From: a virus
Strand: one strand, 5' to 3'
IMG/VR virus record: IMGVR_UViG_3300022748_000009
Coordinates: 1-40,892 of that record
DNA length: 40,892 nucleotides
The position numbers and the translations under genes are program-made. Positions 33,307-40,038 of the stretch are shown here, piece after piece (within the stretch, counting starts at the first letter, position 1; the number at the start of each line of letters is the position of its first letter). The notes below the pieces were generated by a model. It worked only from the letters and a program-made list of their open reading frames with translations, made no database searches and was not told the origin of the DNA.

Positions 33307-33650
33307 TTCAGCACACGCTGCCTTGGCCACCAACGGTCAACACATACTGGCGCAACATCAAAGGGCGCACCATCATCAGCGAGCGTGGCCGCTTGTACCG
33401 TCTTGCGGTGCAGCAGCAGCTAACTGGTGCGGAGCCAATGATGGGGCGCTTGGCCATCAAGATTGCAGCCTACCCGCCTGACAGGCGAAGGCGTGACCTT
33501 GACAACATCCTGAAGGCTTTGCTCGATTCGTTGACGTTTGCTCATGCAATCGAAGATGACTCGCAGTTTGACTTCATCTCAATCGCACGGCGCGATGTCG
33601 TCAAAGACGGCGCGGTGCAAATCACAATCACTCAACTGGAGCAACTATGA
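33303..33650 (+). CDS. rusA: RusA Holliday junction resolvase
   Basis: LPWPPTVNTYWRN...YPPDRRRRDLDNILKALLDSL...IEDDSQ has the characteristic RusA motifs. The ATG overlaps the upstream stop. Confidence 0.85.
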   Translation: MIQHTLPWPPTVNTYWRNIKGRTIISERGRLYRLAVQQQLTGAEPMMGRLAIKIAAYPPDRRRRDLDNILKALLDSLTFAHAIEDDSQFDFISIARRDVVKDGAVQITITQLEQL

Positions 33651-34063
33651 ACCTCGGCGTTTTAACTGGCAACCTTGGGCGCGACCCTGAGATGCGCCAC
33701 CACAATGGCGATGCCATCCTGAACTTTGCAATCGGCGTGCAGACTGGCACACGCGACAAGCCAAACACGATGTGGGTTGACTGCACGATGTGGGGCAAGC
33801 GTGCCGAAGCTGTGCAGCCTTACTTGGCCAAGGGCATGCGCGTCACCGTGCAAGGCCCACTCAGCATGGAAGAATACAAAGCCAAAGACGGCACGCCTCG
33901 CACCAAGCTCAAGCTCAAGGTGGACAACCTCGACCTGCCACCAAAGAACGACAGCAGCGCAGTGCCAGCACCACGTCAGGCAGCGCCAGCACAATCACAG
34001 GCTCCTGCTTCAACGCCAGCAAAAGGCGGCTTTGAAGACATGGACGATGACATCCCCTTCTAG
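33647..34063 (+). CDS. ssb: Single-stranded DNA-binding protein
   Basis: OB-fold N-terminus (NLGVLTGNLGRDPEMR...WVDCTMWGKRAE), a Pro/Gln/Ala linker, and the acidic tail DMDDDIPF. Confidence 0.9.
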   Translation: MNLGVLTGNLGRDPEMRHHNGDAILNFAIGVQTGTRDKPNTMWVDCTMWGKRAEAVQPYLAKGMRVTVQGPLSMEEYKAKDGTPRTKLKLKVDNLDLPPKNDSSAVPAPRQAAPAQSQAPASTPAKGGFEDMDDDIPF

Positions 34064-34072
34064 GACTTAAAC

Positions 34073-34384
34073 ATGGAACACTTTCGCAACATTCGCGGCT
34101 GGGCAGAAGCTCGCAACCTAGTCAACGGCAGCACGCCTGAGAAGCAATTCGTCAAGCTGGTGGAGGAGGTCGGCGAGCTGGCCGCTGGCATCGCACGAAA
34201 GAACCGTGGCGCAATCATGGACGGCATCGGTGACGCATTCGTGGTGCTGACCATCTTGGCCGCGCAGTACGGTGTCACTGCTGAAGAGTGCATCGATGCA
34301 GCGTGGGATGAAATCAAAGATCGCAAGGGTCGCATGATTGACGGCGTGTTTGTCAAAGAGGCAGACCTGCCACCACAGCAGTAA
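34073..34384 (+). CDS. MazG-like all-alpha nucleoside triphosphate pyrophosphohydrolase
   Basis: KLVEEVGELAAGI (EExxE) and DGIGDAFVVL are typical of small phage MazG proteins. Confidence 0.75.
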   Translation: MEHFRNIRGWAEARNLVNGSTPEKQFVKLVEEVGELAAGIARKNRGAIMDGIGDAFVVLTILAAQYGVTAEECIDAAWDEIKDRKGRMIDGVFVKEADLPPQQ

Positions 34385-34469
34385 GTTAAGGGGGAAAGCT
34401 GGGGCAATCCTGCCCAGCACATTTGGCGATGGAGCAACAAGGCGAGTACCCCACCATTTGGAGAGCAAC

Positions 34470-34676
34470 ATGGCATTAGGAACCGAAGCAAGAGTCTGTG
34501 AAGACATCACACGCCGACAAGCATTTGGCCTGAACAAGTACGGCATGCAGGTGGCCAACAACCCATTGGAGCTGCGTGCATGGCTACAGCACCAGTACGA
34601 AGAGCTGCTCGATGCAGCCATCTACTGCCGCCGCGCCATCGAGGAAATTGACCGCAAAGCAGACGATCACAAATAG
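34470..34676 (+). CDS. Small helical protein, possibly a second MazG-fold protein
   Basis: ATG 34470 follows GGAGAG. RRQAFGLNKYG...WLQHQYEELLDAAIY has an EExxD motif. The ORF-track start at 34338 lies inside the MazG gene. Confidence 0.5.
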   Translation: MALGTEARVCEDITRRQAFGLNKYGMQVANNPLELRAWLQHQYEELLDAAIYCRRAIEEIDRKADDHK

Positions 34677-34690
34677 TTTGCAGACGCTCT

Positions 34691-34728
34691 TTGTAGTGTG
34701 TTACACTCACTGCACATTCACACTACAA
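34691..34728 (+). promoter_or_regulatory. Perfect 10-bp inverted repeat overlapping the SD of the next gene
   Basis: TTGTAGTGTG (34691-34700), an 18-nt loop, then CACACTACAA (34719-34728). AAGGAG lies at 34727-34732 and the ATG at 34739. Confidence 0.5.
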
Positions 34729-34738
34729 GGAGAGTCAA

Positions 34739-34921
34739 ATGGATGAAAAACGAATGCAAGCTGCACGCTTGGGTGAGCGCCGATACAAAGGCAATCCATG
34801 CAAGAAGTGCGGCGAGCGGCTTCGCTACACCGTGAACGGCAACTGTGTTGCATGCTCACAGGAACATGCGACAAAGTACCGCAAGCGCATCTCTGATCTC
34901 ATCAAAGTCGGTGGCGACTGA
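34739..34921 (+). CDS. Zinc-ribbon protein (CxxC...CxxC), unknown
   Basis: YKGNPCKKCGERLRYTVNGNCVACSQEH. Strong SD. Confidence 0.7.
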   Translation: MDEKRMQAARLGERRYKGNPCKKCGERLRYTVNGNCVACSQEHATKYRKRISDLIKVGGD

Positions 34922-35637
34922 TGTTCTACTTCTCGTTTCACATCACTGACTACCGAGCTGCCACCGCGCATCTCAGCAACGAAGAGGACTTGGCCTACCG
35001 CCGCCTCATCGAGATGTACTACGACACCGAGCAACCTATCCCAGCCGATACCCAGTGGGTTTCCAAACGGTTACGAGTGGGTTCCGAAGTGATCGACACA
35101 GTGTTGGCTGACATGTTTGAGCTGACCGAAGAGGGGTGGAGACACGCCCGATGCGACAAGGAAATAGCCCACTATCACCAGCTCGCAGAGCGCAATCGTG
35201 CCAATGGCAAGCGTGGTGGAAGGCCGAAAACACAGGGAGAAAACCCAGTCGGTTCCCAGTCGCAACCCACTGGAAAGCCAACCAAGAACCATAGAACCAT
35301 AGAACCATTAAACCAAGAACCATTGGTGAAGGCCAAGCGTGCAACACGCATGACCGAGGACTTTGAGCTGCCAGTTGAATGGGTTAACTGGGTTGCAGAC
35401 AACAGGCCAGAGGTAAACGCACGTCAAACCTTTGAGCAGTTCAAGGACTACTGGATTGCAAAAGCTGGCTCAGATGCAGCCAAGCTGGATTGGTTCAGCA
35501 CATGGAGAAACTGGGTTCGCCGTGACACCGCACGCAAGCCAGCCTACCAACCAGTCAACAAACAAGCAGCACTCGAAGAGCGAAACCGCGCAGCCGTGGC
35601 TGAGTTCTTGAGCCAACCAGAGGAGCCGTTCGTATGA
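34921..35637 (+). CDS. Replication initiation protein: DUF1376 (YdaU-like) N-terminus with a DnaT-like C-terminus
   Basis: FYFSFHITDYRAATAHLSNEEDLAYRRLIEMYYDTEQPIP is the DUF1376 signature. C-terminal VEWVNWVADNRPEVN...FEQFKDYWIAKAG...DWFSTWRNWVRR is DnaT-domain-like. Confidence 0.7.
   Translation: MFYFSFHITDYRAATAHLSNEEDLAYRRLIEMYYDTEQPIPADTQWVSKRLRVGSEVIDTVLADMFELTEEGWRHARCDKEIAHYHQLAERNRANGKRGGRPKTQGENPVGSQSQPTGKPTKNHRTIEPLNQEPLVKAKRATRMTEDFELPVEWVNWVADNRPEVNARQTFEQFKDYWIAKAGSDAAKLDWFSTWRNWVRRDTARKPAYQPVNKQAALEERNRAAVAEFLSQPEEPFV
35286..35323. repeat. Tandem AGAACCAT iteron-like repeats within the initiator gene
   Basis: GAACCAT occurs at 35286-35292, 35294-35300, 35302-35308 and 35317-35323, in the linker-coding part of the gene. 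Confidence 0.7.
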
Positions 35638-36269
35638 CACCAGCAGACAAACCACGCTTGGCCCAAGTGGTCACCGATGTCATGGCCTACTACCGCCAAG
35701 ACGCAACAGCTTTCACGCTGGGCATTTGGTGGGAAGCCTTCAAAGGGTTTGAGCTTGAGCAGGTGAGCCATGCACTCACACGCCACGCAACCGACCCAGA
35801 GCGCGGCCAATTCCCCCCAAAGGTGGCAGACATAGTCCGATTGCTTCAAGGCACGCCCACAGACCGCGCACAGCTTGCATGGGGCAAATGCCTCGATGCC
35901 ATGCAGCGCATCGGTGCGTACAGCGACATCGTGTTCGATGACCCAGCAATCCACGCTGTGGTCGAAGACCTTGGTGGCTGGTCAAAGATTTGCCGCAGCA
36001 CCTACGAGGAGTTGAGTTATCTGCAACACCGCTTCTGCGAGGCCCACAAAGCCTACACACGGCAAGAGCGATTCGAGTACCCGCGCATGCTGTCTGGCGA
36101 CAGGTCATCTGATGACATGTACCGCATGAAGGGATTGAAGCCACCAGCGCCAGCAGTCGTTGGTGACAAAGAAGTGGCACGGCTGGTTTACAAGGGTGGC
36201 AAGACTGGCGGCAAGACCGTGATGTCACTCGCTGATTTTTCAACCAAACAACTGGAGAGAGCAAAATGA
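35634..36269 (+). CDS. Replication-associated protein (possible helicase loader)
   Basis: A 211-aa ORF translationally coupled to the initiator gene (ATGA). The call rests on position and a weak memory of G39P-like N-terminal patterns. Confidence 0.4.
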   Translation: MTPADKPRLAQVVTDVMAYYRQDATAFTLGIWWEAFKGFELEQVSHALTRHATDPERGQFPPKVADIVRLLQGTPTDRAQLAWGKCLDAMQRIGAYSDIVFDDPAIHAVVEDLGGWSKICRSTYEELSYLQHRFCEAHKAYTRQERFEYPRMLSGDRSSDDMYRMKGLKPPAPAVVGDKEVARLVYKGGKTGGKTVMSLADFSTKQLERAK

Positions 36270-36433
36270 AAACAACCTACGTCATTGCAATCGTCTTGGC
36301 CATGCTTGGCATCGCTGGCACGATTGACTACGAAGAGCAACTGCGAGAAGAGCAGCACTACTGCGAGATGGTCAAGGCTGGCAACTGGCCAGCGTACAAA
36401 CCAGAGGTGGACTGCAAGGAGGCTGCAAAATGA
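36266..36433 (+). CDS. Small membrane protein (55 aa)
   Basis: Not in the ORF track. ATGA overlaps at both ends. Product MKTTYVIAIVLAMLGIAGTIDYEEQLREEQHYCEMVKAGNWPAYKPEVDCKEAAK. Confidence 0.55.
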   Translation: MKTTYVIAIVLAMLGIAGTIDYEEQLREEQHYCEMVKAGNWPAYKPEVDCKEAAK

Positions 36434-36747
36434 ACGGCCAAGCAATCGGACACTTTCGCGCAGAACAAGCCGCACAAAATGCTGGCCTTACATGGCAGAT
36501 GATTGCCTACGGCAACTTTGTTGAGTTTGCTGAGACTCATGACTGCTTCACCACCGAGCAAGTGCGTGCAGCATTCAAAGACATGCCAGCACCACCTGAC
36601 TCACGCGCATGGGGTGCAATCGCACTCAAGGCACGCCGCAGTGGTGTTGTCGATTCCATCGGATGGGTTCGCGCAGAAAGCGCAAGTGTTCACGGCATGG
36701 TGGTCACACAATGGAAGTCAAAAATTTTTAGAGGAGCGCAAGCATGA
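36430..36747 (+). CDS. Hypothetical protein
   Basis: A 105-aa ORF with coupled overlaps. Confidence 0.65.
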   Translation: MNGQAIGHFRAEQAAQNAGLTWQMIAYGNFVEFAETHDCFTTEQVRAAFKDMPAPPDSRAWGAIALKARRSGVVDSIGWVRAESASVHGMVVTQWKSKIFRGAQA

Positions 36748-37409
36748 GTAAAGAAGCAATGAAACAGGCGCTTGAGGCGTTGGAGTCATATCACAGCTAC
36801 ATGGAACCGCTGACAACGGTTTTTGGTGGCCCAAGAGTGCCAGCAGAGCAAAGTGCAACCAGTAAGGTTGAGAGAGCCGTTTCATTTCTACGCCAAGCCA
36901 TCGCAGAGGCAGATAAGCAAGAGCAGGGTGAGCCTGTGGCGTGGGCGTGTTGGCTTGATTCTCAAAACCCAGAAACGGACAAACCTGTTGTTGTTCAATA
37001 TGAACCATTGGCCTATTCAAAACGCAGACCACTTATTTACACCACACTACAACATCCAAAGCAAGAGCAAGAGCAAGAGCCTGTAGCGTGGGCTGGATAC
37101 AACCTCGACGATATGTGCGAAGCATTTGACCGAGTAATTGAGGAACATTACGGCAGAAAGACCCCATTTCACGACCCTGTAAACAGGGACGCAATGCTTG
37201 CACTTCGTATTTTGCGTGGGTTTGTACCGTACATGAAACGCTACACCACACCACAACAACGCAAGCCGCTGACGGATGCAGATTGGATATGGGCTTGGCT
37301 TATGGACTGGTGCAAGCAAAACAAAACAAGCCCTGCAAATCACGATAGTTTGTTCAAAATGGTGTCAGACGCCAGAGCAATCGAAGCCGCCCACGGCATT
37401 AAGGAGTAA
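36744..37409 (+). CDS. Hypothetical protein with a duplicated KQEQ..EPVAWA motif
   Basis: A 221-aa ORF. KQEQGEPVAWA and KQEQEQEPVAWA; the second is encoded by a (GCAAGA)x3 run at 37061-37078. Confidence 0.7.
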   Translation: MSKEAMKQALEALESYHSYMEPLTTVFGGPRVPAEQSATSKVERAVSFLRQAIAEADKQEQGEPVAWACWLDSQNPETDKPVVVQYEPLAYSKRRPLIYTTLQHPKQEQEQEPVAWAGYNLDDMCEAFDRVIEEHYGRKTPFHDPVNRDAMLALRILRGFVPYMKRYTTPQQRKPLTDADWIWAWLMDWCKQNKTSPANHDSLFKMVSDARAIEAAHGIKE

Positions 37410-37412
37410 GAC

Positions 37413-37862
37413 ATGACCGCAAAGAATCAACTATCACAAAAGCTGCGCGACTTTATGCGCCAAGACTCACACGGCATGACCATCGCAGGTTTGGCTGAGT
37501 CAGTAAAGGCATCGCCCGACAGCGTTCGCAGGTCACTCAAGTTGATGCCTGACACCTACATTGCAGAGTGGGTTTTGAATGTTGGCAATGGTCGCTTCAC
37601 ATCGGTTTGGAAAATCATCACGCCACCTGCTGATGCGCCAGAGCCTGATGAAAATCACCCGCGCTTCAAACCGTGCAACCCAAACTGGATGACAGACCTG
37701 CGCCGTCAACCTCGCAAAGTTTTGCAGCGAGCAATCACGCCGCCAAAGAAAAAGATCGACACAAGCACGCCAGTCGAGCGTAAGCAGCATCACCCAAACT
37801 ACACGCCACAGAAAACCGTTTGGGTTCCAGTTAAACCTTGGCCAAAAGGAGAGCGGCCATGA
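37413..37862 (+). CDS. Hypothetical protein, possibly a winged-helix N-terminus with a basic Pro-rich tail
   Basis: A 149-aa ORF with SD AAGGAGTAAGAC before the ATG. Confidence 0.65.
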   Translation: MTAKNQLSQKLRDFMRQDSHGMTIAGLAESVKASPDSVRRSLKLMPDTYIAEWVLNVGNGRFTSVWKIITPPADAPEPDENHPRFKPCNPNWMTDLRRQPRKVLQRAITPPKKKIDTSTPVERKQHHPNYTPQKTVWVPVKPWPKGERP

Positions 37863-38056
37863 CTGATATGAGAAAAGTTTGGTTTGATGGCGAAAATTTT
37901 TTAAGTGAAACCGTGCCAACAGAAGACATTTACATTGAAGAGTGGAACGGTTTAACAGACAAGCACAAAGTCCTACTTATCAGGAATGCACCGAACTGGA
38001 CAACGCTGCAACTAATCGAAGAGGTTGAAACTATGTTGAAAGGATTGAACAAATGA
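37859..38056 (+). CDS. Hypothetical protein (65 aa)
   Basis: ATG 37859 overlaps the upstream stop (ATGA). Confidence 0.55.
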   Translation: MTDMRKVWFDGENFLSETVPTEDIYIEEWNGLTDKHKVLLIRNAPNWTTLQLIEEVETMLKGLNK

Positions 38057-38352
38057 AAAACGCACCAGAAAAAATTTACCTGCAAGTCTGTGAAGAGAAT
38101 GAATGCGATGCTGATTTTTATGACCACGAAGGCGTGACATGGTGTCATGAAAAAATTCACGACAGCGACATTGAGTACAACAGAGCAGATATTGCTCAGA
38201 CAAATCGTGAGCCGTTAAACCATCATGAGTTTGGTTTTTGGTGGTTTGAAATTGGGTCTGGGCTTCATCCATTAGAAGGTGAAGACCAAGAGCAACACGC
38301 ATACAGAATTGCTTCTGCTGCATGGGCTGCTGCACACGCAGTGAAGGAGTGA
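38053..38352 (+). CDS. Hypothetical protein (99 aa)
   Basis: ATGA overlap with the upstream gene. Cys/His-containing N-terminus (CEENECDADFYDHEGVTWCHEKIH). Confidence 0.6.
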   Translation: MKNAPEKIYLQVCEENECDADFYDHEGVTWCHEKIHDSDIEYNRADIAQTNREPLNHHEFGFWWFEIGSGLHPLEGEDQEQHAYRIASAAWAAAHAVKE

Positions 38353-38355
38353 AAA

Positions 38356-38439
38356 ATGATTGTGTACATTGACGTTGGTCTGTTCATGATTTGGGCAGGG
38401 CTTTTTTTGTTTGCCGTTGCGGCATGGTTCTGGGAGTAA
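38356..38439 (+). CDS. Possible 27-aa hydrophobic microprotein
   Basis: GAAGGAG (38344-38349) lies 6 nt before ATG 38356. Product MIVYIDVGLFMIWAGLFLFAVAAWFWE. It exactly fills an otherwise empty gap. Confidence 0.4.
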   Translation: MIVYIDVGLFMIWAGLFLFAVAAWFWE

Positions 38440-38442
38440 GAG

Positions 38443-38709
38443 ATGAAGTTTGTAAAAGTATTCGAGGTGAAGCGATTTACACAAGTGGCGATGATTCGAG
38501 CGCAAGATGAAGCTGGCGCACCGTGCATTAAGTTTTTCTTTCAGCCTGATGGATATGGCGTTTGCAACTTCAGCATTGGCTGGGAAACAGACGGCAACGC
38601 AGACAACAAAGCAGACCGCGCATTCGCTGAGTTGACTCTTGGCGAGATCATCAAGATCATCGATGGCTGGCTAACACACACTCAGGCTGCAAGCCAGAAA
38701 GCACATTGA
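38443..38709 (+). CDS. Hypothetical protein (88 aa)
   Basis: ORF with GGGAG upstream. Confidence 0.6.
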   Translation: MKFVKVFEVKRFTQVAMIRAQDEAGAPCIKFFFQPDGYGVCNFSIGWETDGNADNKADRAFAELTLGEIIKIIDGWLTHTQAASQKAH

Positions 38710-38939
38710 TGCGATGCGCCGATTGTTCAAAAGAAGAGTCGGTCACGCTTATCAGTGGCCGAAAAGTTTGCAGCTACTGTCCCGCATGGCGCGAAGAATG
38801 CGAAGCAAGGCATCTGCTCGCATTGCCATTGCACAAGCGGAGAGAGCAGTTGTTCGCAAGATTGAAGCCGCGAGGCGAAGCCAGTGTGGCCAAGCTCAAA
38901 GAGGTGATGCGTGAGATTCACGCAAGAAACCGAAAGTGA
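38706..38939 (+). CDS. Zinc-ribbon-like hypothetical protein (77 aa)
   Basis: CADCSKEE...VCSYCPAW. Overlaps the upstream stop. Confidence 0.6.
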   Translation: MMRCADCSKEESVTLISGRKVCSYCPAWREECEARHLLALPLHKRREQLFARLKPRGEASVAKLKEVMREIHARNRK

Positions 38940-39144
38940 CGCAACCCGCATCCTTGACCTGACCCGCGAGGGTTGGGCCATTGATCGGGCCTCAGTCGAC
39001 TGGGCATTGCAGCAGACAGGTGACCTGCGTTGCAGCCACATCAACACTGTGGCAGAATGTCGCGAGCATATCAACCACGATGGAGAACAGCATGGCCAAT
39101 TCAAAAAGCAAGAAACCACCAAAGCCACCGAAGTATTGAGGTGA
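38911..39144 (+). CDS. Hypothetical protein (GTG start)
   Basis: GTG 38911 lies 5 nt after GAGGTG. Protein-like composition. Overlaps the upstream gene by 29 nt. Confidence 0.45.
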   Translation: MRFTQETESDATRILDLTREGWAIDRASVDWALQQTGDLRCSHINTVAECREHINHDGEQHGQFKKQETTKATEVLR

Positions 39145-39147
39145 CAC

Positions 39148-39306
39148 ATGCCCTACTCAGCCAAAGCACACAGGCTCTTTGAAGCCGCAGCTCACAACCC
39201 AAAGGTGGCCAAGGCTCACCACATGAGCCAGTCAGAAGCCAAGAAGCTGGCGAGCGAGGGCGTGAAGAAAACACCTTGGCACAAAATGTTCAAAAAGAAA
39301 AAATGA
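39148..39306 (+). CDS. Small basic conserved protein (52 aa, DUF3008-like from memory)
   Basis: Not in the ORF track. Product MPYSAKAHRLFEAAAHNPKVAKAHHMSQSEAKKLASEGVKKTPWHKMFKKKK. The stop overlaps the next ATG. Confidence 0.5.
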   Translation: MPYSAKAHRLFEAAAHNPKVAKAHHMSQSEAKKLASEGVKKTPWHKMFKKKK

Positions 39307-39566
39307 GCGAGGCCAAGAAGTTTGTCGCAATCAACGAAGATGGGCGGCGCATCGGTTCTTCCCATCACAACTCGACCATCTCCGATGAGACAGTCGACCT
39401 GATTCGAGAGATGCACGAAGATAGGCACATGGGCTACCGCAAGATTGCCCAAGAGTTGAACATTTGCCGACACTTTGTGGCCAAGGTTTGCCGATACGAG
39501 CGCCGCGCTCAAACCCCAGCAGGATGGAAAAAAGTCAATGACAAAAAAAATGGGCCGACCACCTGA
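39303..39566 (+). CDS. HTH DNA-binding protein upstream of terS
   Basis: HHNSTISDETVDLIREMHEDRHMGYRKIAQELNICRHFVAKVCRYERR is a pattern common just upstream of terminase genes. ATG 39303 (ATGA overlap) is preferred over the track start at 39276. Confidence 0.65.
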   Translation: MSEAKKFVAINEDGRRIGSSHHNSTISDETVDLIREMHEDRHMGYRKIAQELNICRHFVAKVCRYERRAQTPAGWKKVNDKKNGPTT

Positions 39567-40038
39567 AGCCGTACCACAAGACAAAGCTCAAGCCATTTGC
39601 GAGTGGATTGCTTTGGGTAATACCTTGCGCCAATGGTGCAGGGACAACGACATTCACTACTCCACCGTGTACCTTTGGATGGAGAAAGACAAGGACTTTG
39701 CTCAACGCTTCGCGCACGCACGCGATGTTGGCCACGATGCCATTGCAGATGAGTGCCTTGAAATCATCGACACTGAGCCTGAGATTGCCAAGACTTGGTC
39801 GCAGTTTGGCGGCAGCAAACACCGCGACAGCGCCCACGTTGGCTGGCTCAAGAACCGCGCAGAGATGCGTCTGAAGCTCTTGGCCAAGTGGAACCCTAAG
39901 AAGTACGGCGACAAGACCACGACAGAGGTCACAGGCGCTGATGGCGGCGCAATCATGATCGATGACACCGAGCGTGCAGCCAAGCTCCAGTCCATTCTGG
40001 CCGCTGCCGCAGCACGCAAAAATGGCACAGGTGTTTGA
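39538..40038 (+). CDS. terS: Terminase small subunit
   Basis: MGRPPEAVPQDKAQAICEWIALGNTLRQWCRDNDIHYSTVYLWMEKDKDFAQRFAHARDVGHDAIADECLEIID matches the HTH-type small terminase pattern. The start is ATG 39538 or 39550; the track start at 39475 is a TTG. Confidence 0.75.
   Translation: MTKKMGRPPEAVPQDKAQAICEWIALGNTLRQWCRDNDIHYSTVYLWMEKDKDFAQRFAHARDVGHDAIADECLEIIDTEPEIAKTWSQFGGSKHRDSAHVGWLKNRAEMRLKLLAKWNPKKYGDKTTTEVTGADGGAIMIDDTERAAKLQSILAAAAARKNGTGV

Noticed and set aside
34398-34421. Hairpin GCTGGGGCA...TGCCCAGC after the MazG gene as a terminator
   Set aside because: The stem is bulged and 8 bp long, with no following T tract.
39140-39147. GGTGACAC just upstream of ATG 39148 as another motif copy
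   Set aside because: Only 6 of 10 positions match, with no phased TAnnnT. It coincides with the stop and SD context.
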